32,000 nucleotides of DNA from an uncultured Acidobacteriota bacterium. Lineage in GTDB: Bacteria; Acidobacteriota; Blastocatellia; Pyrinomonadales; Pyrinomonadaceae. Of the stretch, positions 25,717 to 32,000 are shown in pieces. Location: assembly GCA_963789185.1 (NCBI GenBank), contig CAWBJU010000022.1:181853-213852 (forward strand), read 5' to 3'. The notes below the pieces were generated by a model. That model was not told where the DNA came from and did not search any database. It saw nothing but the letters and a program-made list of their open reading frames with translations. Numbering within the stretch: the stretch's first letter is position 1; each line of letters begins with the position of its first letter. Position numbers and translations under genes: made by a program.

Positions 25717-26157
25717 CTAGTGAGCAACGATCGCGACGACGGTACTACTGTCGGGACGCCTCAGTGCTTTCTGCGTTGCACGCTCAGCGCGCGTTTTAGT
25801 TGCGGCGAGACTCATCGTATCGCCAGCCATTTGCGCTTGCGCGAAGAAGTACTGCTCGCCATACCGGCGAAACACAAGCTTCGTGTCCCTGGCGAGTGCG
25901 CTGTTAACACCAAAAGTCTGAACCATCGCGCTGACCCGACCGTTTTCACTCCGTATCTGCAACGTCTTTCGATCTGAAGTCGGATTCAAAATTCTGACGG
26001 TGTAGTCACCTGCCGGCAGACTCTTGTCTCCCACGGTAAACGTAAACGGAACGTGCGCGCGCATCGTCGGCGAAACGCTCGTTTGCGCCTGGCCGTCGAT
26101 GGCAAAAACCCCGCAGATAATCATGATTGCAATGGACAAATAAAGATTCCTTTTCAT
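25717..26157 (-). CDS. Small secreted protein of unknown function
   Basis: Track ORF is 25717..26190. I prefer ATG 26157, preceded by GGAGG, giving the signal peptide MKRNLYLSIAIMIICGVFAIDGQA|Q. The beta-rich mature part contains VPFTFTVGDKSLPAGDYTVRI. Confidence 0.65.
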   Translation of the reverse strand: MKRNLYLSIAIMIICGVFAIDGQAQTSVSPTMRAHVPFTFTVGDKSLPAGDYTVRILNPTSDRKTLQIRSENGRVSAMVQTFGVNSALARDTKLVFRRYGEQYFFAQAQMAGDTMSLAATKTRAERATQKALRRPDSSTVVAIVAH

Positions 26158-26319
26158 GGCTAAACCTCCTGAAAGTTGTCGTCCGGCCAACTAAATTGCT
26201 TTTGGCCTTCACTAACTTACGCGCACGTTTGAAGTGGATTCCCTCACGGTCGGAAAATTATTTGTTGTAGAATTTGGCTCGTTTTTTGCGGCAATTATGC
26301 GGGCCGGAAGCGTTTGACG

Positions 26320-26880
26320 ATGGAATCGCCGGAAGGCATCACGCAGCTTTTGGTCGATTGGGGTAAGGGCGATCAAGCGGCGCTCGACCGGTTGATGCCG
26401 CTCGTTTACGCTGAGCTCCGTCGTTTGGCGACAAACTACCTGCGTCGCGAACGGGTGGGCCACACGTTACAGCCGACGGCCCTTGTAAACGAGGCGTATC
26501 TAAAGCTGGTCGGGCAGAAGAACGCGAAATGGCAGAACCGGGCGCACTTTTTTGCGATCTCGGCCCAATTGATGCGGCGGATTCTGGTGGACCATGCGCG
26601 CCGGCACCAGGCTGAAAAACGCGGTGGATCGGAGCAGCAACGGCTTTCGATTACGAGCGTGGAAGAGGTGGTTGCGCAACCGGTAGTCGATCTGCTGGCA
26701 TTGAATGAAGCGCTCGATGAGTTGTCGAAAATGGATCCGCAACAGGGTCGGATTGTCGAGTTGAAGTTTTTTGGCGGTCTTTCAATCGACGAAACGGCCG
26801 AGGTAATGGGTATCGGTCATGCGACGGTGGAACGAGAGTGGAAATCAGCCCGCGCCTGGTTGCGCCGCCAACTGGAATAG
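26320..26880 (+). CDS. ECF-type RNA polymerase sigma factor (kinase-associated TIGR02999 / Sigma70_ECF type)
   Basis: Track ORF is 26314..26880 (TTG). I prefer ATG 26320. Motifs are ITQLLVDWGKGDQAALDRLMPLVYAELRRLA, LVNEAYLKL, and the region-4 HTH IDETAEVMGIGHATVEREWKSARAWLR. Confidence 0.85.
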   Translation: MESPEGITQLLVDWGKGDQAALDRLMPLVYAELRRLATNYLRRERVGHTLQPTALVNEAYLKLVGQKNAKWQNRAHFFAISAQLMRRILVDHARRHQAEKRGGSEQQRLSITSVEEVVAQPVVDLLALNEALDELSKMDPQQGRIVELKFFGGLSIDETAEVMGIGHATVEREWKSARAWLRRQLE

Positions 26881-26940
26881 TAGTGAGGGACTTGGGAGGT
26901 ATCAGCCGCGTAAATAGCTAGAGGAGTGTTTTAAGGACAG

Positions 26941-29940
26941 ATGACCCCGGAACGCTGGCAACAAGTTAAGGAGATCTTTGATTCGGCAATCAAATACCTG
27001 CCGGAACACCGCCCCGCGTTTATCTCGCAAGCCTGTGGCGGCGATGACGAACTGCGTTCTGAAGTCGAGTCGCTGATCACCTCTCACGAAAAGGAAGGCA
27101 GCTTCATCGACGAGCCCGCCTATTACGCCGCTGCCGAACTGCTCGCCAACGAAAGATCAGAACTCCCAACCGGCGACACGATCGGCAATTACGAAGTGCT
27201 TTCGTTCATCAGCCGCGGCGGCATGGGCGAAGTCTATCTGGCCCAGGACAAAAGGCTGAGCCGCAAGGTCGCGCTGAAGCTACTGCCCAGCGCGTTCACG
27301 AAAGACAACGATCGCCTCCGACGATTCGAACAGGAAGCGCGCGCCGCGTCCGCGCTCAACCATCCCAACATCATCACGATCTACGAGATCTTCCAGGCCA
27401 ACTCGACCCACGTCATCGCGACCGAGTTTGTCGAAGGTGAAACTCTGCGTCACCGCCTCGGCCGCTCATCGCTAAGCCTGAACGAAGCGCTCACGATCGC
27501 TATCCAGATCGCCGACGCACTCGCCGCCGCCCACAAAGCCGGCATCATTCATCGCGACATCAAGCCGGAAAACGTGATGTTGCGTCCCGACGGCTACGTA
27601 AAAATTCTCGACTTCGGACTCGCGAAATTAAGCGAGGAGACAACGGGAGTCATCGCCGCCGAAGCACCGACGATGCAAGTACGCACCGGTTCGGGATTCG
27701 TACTCGGCACGGCAGGGTATATGTCGCCCGAACAAGCGCGTGCACTCGTCGTCGATAATCGTTCCGACATTTTCAGTCTGGGCGCGGTGATGTACGAGAT
27801 GCTCGCACGTCGCAAGCCTTTCGAAGGCGAGACGCCGAGCGACACACTCGCGGCGATCCTGAAAACCGAGCCGACGCCTCTTCAGCACATCGTGCCGCAA
27901 CTTCCCGCGGAACTGATTCGCATCATCAACAAGTCGCTGCGCAAAGATCGTGAAGAGCGATATCAAGTCGTCAAAGATCTTTGGCTCGATCTAAAAGCAC
28001 TCAAGCAGGAACTCGAATTCCAGGCGAAACTGGATCGTTCGGTCCCGTCTGAGAACGGCGATGGTCTCACCGGCGTCATGGATCGCGCACACGCGACCAC
28101 AACCGAAGCAGCACTCAATCCTACGGAAACTCGCAGCGCCATCAACACGATCACCCAATCGATTAGCATCGAGTTAAAGCGTCACAAGATTGGCGTTGCC
28201 GTTGTGCTCGCAATTGTCCTGGCAGTGATCGGCGTCGGCGCTTTCGGAATTTACAACATCGCCAATCGCAAACCCGAAGTCGGCGCGTTTCAAAACATTC
28301 ATCTCGCACGACTCACAAATTCCGGCGACGTGATCGACGTGACGATCTCTCCCGACGGCCAGTTCATCGTTTACGTACGCAGCGACAGAAACAATCAAAG
28401 TCTGTGGATCAGGCAAGTTAGTACAGCCAACGATAAGGAAATCGTTCCGCCAAGTCCCGTTGGGTTTTTCGGCATAACTTTTTCTCCGGATGGCAACGAT
28501 CTTTACTACGCGGTAAAGGCGAACCTTGATGCCGGCACGCTCTATCGCATCCCGACACTCGGCGGCTTGCCTGTAAAAGTGCTCGAGAAAATCGATGCTC
28601 CCATCAGCTTTGCGCCGGATGGCAAGCGCTTCGTACTCGTGCGCGGAAATTATCCAAACCCTGGCGAAAGCGCACTCGTGATCGCAAATGTCGACGGCAG
28701 CAACGAACGCACACTCGCCGTTCGCCGACGTCCCGATCGCTTTTCACCTATCTTTTTTACCGGTCCTTCGTGGTCGCCAGATGGCAAGCTGATCGCCGCC
28801 ACAGTAGCGACGTCTCCCCGAATGAACAACGTCGTTTTGTTTTCTGTCGAAGACGGCAAGGAACAAGTGTTGACGCGGGACCAATGGTCGTTTGCGAGCC
28901 GCGTTCAATGGCTGCCCGACATGAGTGGCTTACTCGTTGTTGCCGGTGATGGAGTTAACAACTCGCAACACTGGGTACTCAGTTATCCAGCTGGTGAAAA
29001 ACGCCGAGTCACAAACGACCTGAGCGCGTATCGGGTAATAAGCTTGACCACCGGTGGTCAGAAACTTGCCACGATTCAGACCAATGGATTGATAAATGTG
29101 TGGGTCGCGCCGCAAGGCGACGCGGCGGAAGCGGTGAGGCTGCCAACAGGCAATGTAGGGTTCTATGCATCAGCGGGAAACAATCTGAGCTGGACCATCG
29201 ACAATCGCGTCCTTTACATGTCGAATGAGGGTGGCGTTCCGGATATCTGGATTGCCGATCCGGGTGGAGGCAACCGCAAGCAATTGACCACCCAGGGCGG
29301 CGGCAGCCCAGTCGCCACAGCCGACGGCAAGTACATAGTTTTTGTTTCGGCACGCGATGGCCAGGTGGCTATTTGGCGAATGAATATAAACGGCAGCAAT
29401 CCCGTTCGCCTGACTAGTGGTTCGATTGATGTGTTTCCTTCGCTAACGCCCGATGGCAAGTCGGTGGTCTACATCGCCAACGGTGGCGCGAAGCCGACGA
29501 TGTGGAAGATCTCGATCGACGGCGGTACGCCGGAGCGACTTTCAGATCACATAGCGAGTTCTGCTGTTGTTTCACCGGACGGAAAAATGTTGGCGTACAC
29601 TTATCCTGAATCCCCGGATCCATTTGCGCCGCCCAATCGTGTCGCAGTTGTGAACTTTCCCGACATGACGCCGGTCGCCACCTATACTTTTGGTCCGAGC
29701 AGCACGGTGCCGACGCTGATCCAGTGGAGCCCCGACGGAAAATCGATTCTTTACTCCGTCAACCGAAACAGCGTTTCGAACGTGTGGAGTCAACCAGTTG
29801 CCGGTGGTGAGCCGAAACAAACGACGTCTTTCAAGGAAAGTTTGATGACAGGTTTTGCGTGGTCCAAGGACGGCAAAATGTTTGCAGCAACACGCGGAAC
29901 GTTGATGCGTGATGCGGTACTGATCAGTGATATGAAATAG
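26941..29940 (+). CDS. Ser/Thr protein kinase with one TM helix and an extracytoplasmic TolB-like (PD40) beta-propeller region
   Basis: 999 aa with Hanks kinase motifs HRDIKPENVML, DFGLAK and GTAGYMSPEQ. The TM helix is IGVAVVLAIVLAVIGVGAFGIY. Repeated SPDG-type propeller motifs follow (ISPDGQFIVY, FSPDGNDLYY, FAPDGKRFV, WSPDGKLIA, TADGKYIVFVS, LTPDGKSVVY, VSPDGKMLAY, WSPDGKSILY). Confidence 0.9.
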   Translation: MTPERWQQVKEIFDSAIKYLPEHRPAFISQACGGDDELRSEVESLITSHEKEGSFIDEPAYYAAAELLANERSELPTGDTIGNYEVLSFISRGGMGEVYLAQDKRLSRKVALKLLPSAFTKDNDRLRRFEQEARAASALNHPNIITIYEIFQANSTHVIATEFVEGETLRHRLGRSSLSLNEALTIAIQIADALAAAHKAGIIHRDIKPENVMLRPDGYVKILDFGLAKLSEETTGVIAAEAPTMQVRTGSGFVLGTAGYMSPEQARALVVDNRSDIFSLGAVMYEMLARRKPFEGETPSDTLAAILKTEPTPLQHIVPQLPAELIRIINKSLRKDREERYQVVKDLWLDLKALKQELEFQAKLDRSVPSENGDGLTGVMDRAHATTTEAALNPTETRSAINTITQSISIELKRHKIGVAVVLAIVLAVIGVGAFGIYNIANRKPEVGAFQNIHLARLTNSGDVIDVTISPDGQFIVYVRSDRNNQSLWIRQVSTANDKEIVPPSPVGFFGITFSPDGNDLYYAVKANLDAGTLYRIPTLGGLPVKVLEKIDAPISFAPDGKRFVLVRGNYPNPGESALVIANVDGSNERTLAVRRRPDRFSPIFFTGPSWSPDGKLIAATVATSPRMNNVVLFSVEDGKEQVLTRDQWSFASRVQWLPDMSGLLVVAGDGVNNSQHWVLSYPAGEKRRVTNDLSAYRVISLTTGGQKLATIQTNGLINVWVAPQGDAAEAVRLPTGNVGFYASAGNNLSWTIDNRVLYMSNEGGVPDIWIADPGGGNRKQLTTQGGGSPVATADGKYIVFVSARDGQVAIWRMNINGSNPVRLTSGSIDVFPSLTPDGKSVVYIANGGAKPTMWKISIDGGTPERLSDHIASSAVVSPDGKMLAYTYPESPDPFAPPNRVAVVNFPDMTPVATYTFGPSSTVPTLIQWSPDGKSILYSVNRNSVSNVWSQPVAGGEPKQTTSFKESLMTGFAWSKDGKMFAATRGTLMRDAVLISDMK

Positions 29941-29954
29941 TTTCGGAGTCAACC

Positions 29955-30227
29955 ATGGATTTTCGTGTACTGCTGACGACCTTCGGCATTATCTTTCTTG
30001 CCGAGATGGGTGATAAGACTCAACTGGCGGCGATGACGATGTCGGCGCAGACGAAAAGACCGTGGGCCGTCTTCATCGGCGCGAGTCTGGCGCTTGTAGC
30101 GGTGTCCGCGGTTGGCGTGTTGGTCGGCAGTGTCATCGGTGAATATGTTCCGCTTATCTGGGTTAAGCGCGTTGCTGCTGTTGCGTTTATTGTGATCGGT
30201 CTGCTCATGCTGGCCGGAAAGTTTTAA
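29955..30227 (+). CDS. Half-size UPF0016 (GDT1/TMEM165-like) membrane protein
   Basis: 90 aa with 3 TM helices and one copy of the E-x-G-D-K-T motif (AEMGDKTQLAA). Confidence 0.8.
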   Translation: MDFRVLLTTFGIIFLAEMGDKTQLAAMTMSAQTKRPWAVFIGASLALVAVSAVGVLVGSVIGEYVPLIWVKRVAAVAFIVIGLLMLAGKF

Positions 30228-30925
30228 TGCCCCAAACTCCCCACACCGAACGTCACTTCACGTCGAGTGAAGTTGTTCGCGACACCGTAATCGGAATGGC
30301 TGATGGTCTGACGGTACCTTTCGCACTCGCGGCAGGTTTGAGCGGAGCTATCGATCAGACCGCCATTATTGTTACAGCGGGCCTGGCTGAGATCGCCGCC
30401 GGATCGATCGCGATGGGTCTCGGCGGTTACATGGCCGCGAAGAGCGACGCCGAACACTACGCTAAGGAACGGGAACGCGAGAAACGCGAAGTCGCCGAGA
30501 TCCCGCACGAAGAGATGCGTGAAGTCGCCGAAGTTTTTGAAGCGTACGGCCTCACTCCGGAGCAAACGTGGCCAATCGTAGAAGCACTGCGAAAACAACC
30601 GCGCGCCTGGGTCGACTTCATGATGCGTTTTGAACTCGGTCTCGAAAAACCCGATCCAAAACGAGCTTTGACCAGTGCCCTGACGATCGCAGGCGCGTAC
30701 GTCGTCGGCGGGCTCATACCACTCTCGCCGTACATTTTCCTGCCCAAGACCTCGGACGCGCTGCAGCTTTCAATCGTGCTCACGCTCATCGCCCTGCTGA
30801 TTTTTGGCTTCGTAAAAGGCCGATTTACCGGCACCAGACCCCTCAAAAGCGCTCTTCAAACGGCTTTCATAGGCAGTGTTGCCGCAGGCGCCGCCTTTGC
30901 CATTGCCCGGATGATCGGCGGCTAA
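30227..30925 (+). CDS. VIT1/CCC1 family Fe/Mn transporter
   Basis: 232 aa. The N-terminal helix is VIGMADGLTVPFALAAGLSGA, followed by an acidic cytoplasmic helical insert (EHYAKEREREKREVAEIPHEEMREV) and C-terminal TM helices. The start overlaps the UPF0016 stop (TAATG). Confidence 0.85.
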   Translation: MPQTPHTERHFTSSEVVRDTVIGMADGLTVPFALAAGLSGAIDQTAIIVTAGLAEIAAGSIAMGLGGYMAAKSDAEHYAKEREREKREVAEIPHEEMREVAEVFEAYGLTPEQTWPIVEALRKQPRAWVDFMMRFELGLEKPDPKRALTSALTIAGAYVVGGLIPLSPYIFLPKTSDALQLSIVLTLIALLIFGFVKGRFTGTRPLKSALQTAFIGSVAAGAAFAIARMIGG

Positions 30926-30992
30926 TATAATTTCCACAGTTTCATTTACCGGCAATAAAAATCATTGCCTGGCAATACCAAGGAGGACCTGA

Positions 30993-32000
<1,008 letters not shown>

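Noticed and set aside
26185-26207. Small palindrome GGCCAA(N11)TTGGCC in the sigma / secreted-protein intergenic region
   Set aside because: A 6-bp arm is expected by chance in a 160-nt spacer. I could find no supporting repeat and no ECF-type -35/-10 spacing.
29941-29954. Possible yybP-ykoY Mn riboswitch before the UPF0016 gene
   Set aside because: Only 14 nt separate the kinase stop from the UPF0016 ATG, so there is no room for a riboswitch.
30949-30972. Hairpin CCGGCAAT(N7)ATTGCCtGG, with GGCAATA repeated, between the VIT1 gene and fbaB
   Set aside because: The stem is bulged and is not followed by a U-run. It is too weak to call a terminator or operator.

Overview
The window is gene-dense, about 55-58% GC by eye. 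I saw no rRNA, tRNA, CRISPR array, transposase or integrase. The gene content suggests an Acidobacteriota-like chromosome, but this is inference only. It rests on a TonB-dependent receptor with a carboxypeptidase-regulatory domain, a TIGR02999-type ECF sigma paired with a Ser/Thr kinase carrying a TolB-like propeller, and a GxxExxY gene. LEFT (1-8341): TonB-dependent receptor, TPR protein, orphan DUF58, SpoIIM-like membrane protein, glutamate formimidoyltransferase. CENTRE (minus strand, 25477 down to 8335): a 14-gene co-directional array with overlapping or tiny spacers. It encodes a purine permease, a three-subunit xanthine dehydrogenase, a PuuD-like urate hydroxylase, HIU hydrolase, OHCU decarboxylase, allantoinase and allantoicase. 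Five non-pathway genes interrupt it: (1) a signal-peptide-bearing protein with two 7-bladed WD40 propellers and a C-terminal caspase domain, (2) a secreted FecR-like protein, (3) a polytopic membrane protein with an apparent frameshift, (4) a low-GC GxxExxY (PD-(D/E)XK) gene bounded by 31-bp inverted repeats made of 9-nt units, and (5) a 481-aa orphan. RIGHT: small secreted protein, ECF sigma plus kinase, UPF0016 plus VIT1 metal transporters, and the 5' part of class I fructose-bisphosphate aldolase. The best candidates for undescribed biology are the exported WD40-caspase translationally coupled into the purine operon, and the repeat-bounded GxxExxY cassette with a solo copy of the same repeat elsewhere in the operon. 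All family calls come from motif recognition by eye; no searches were run.
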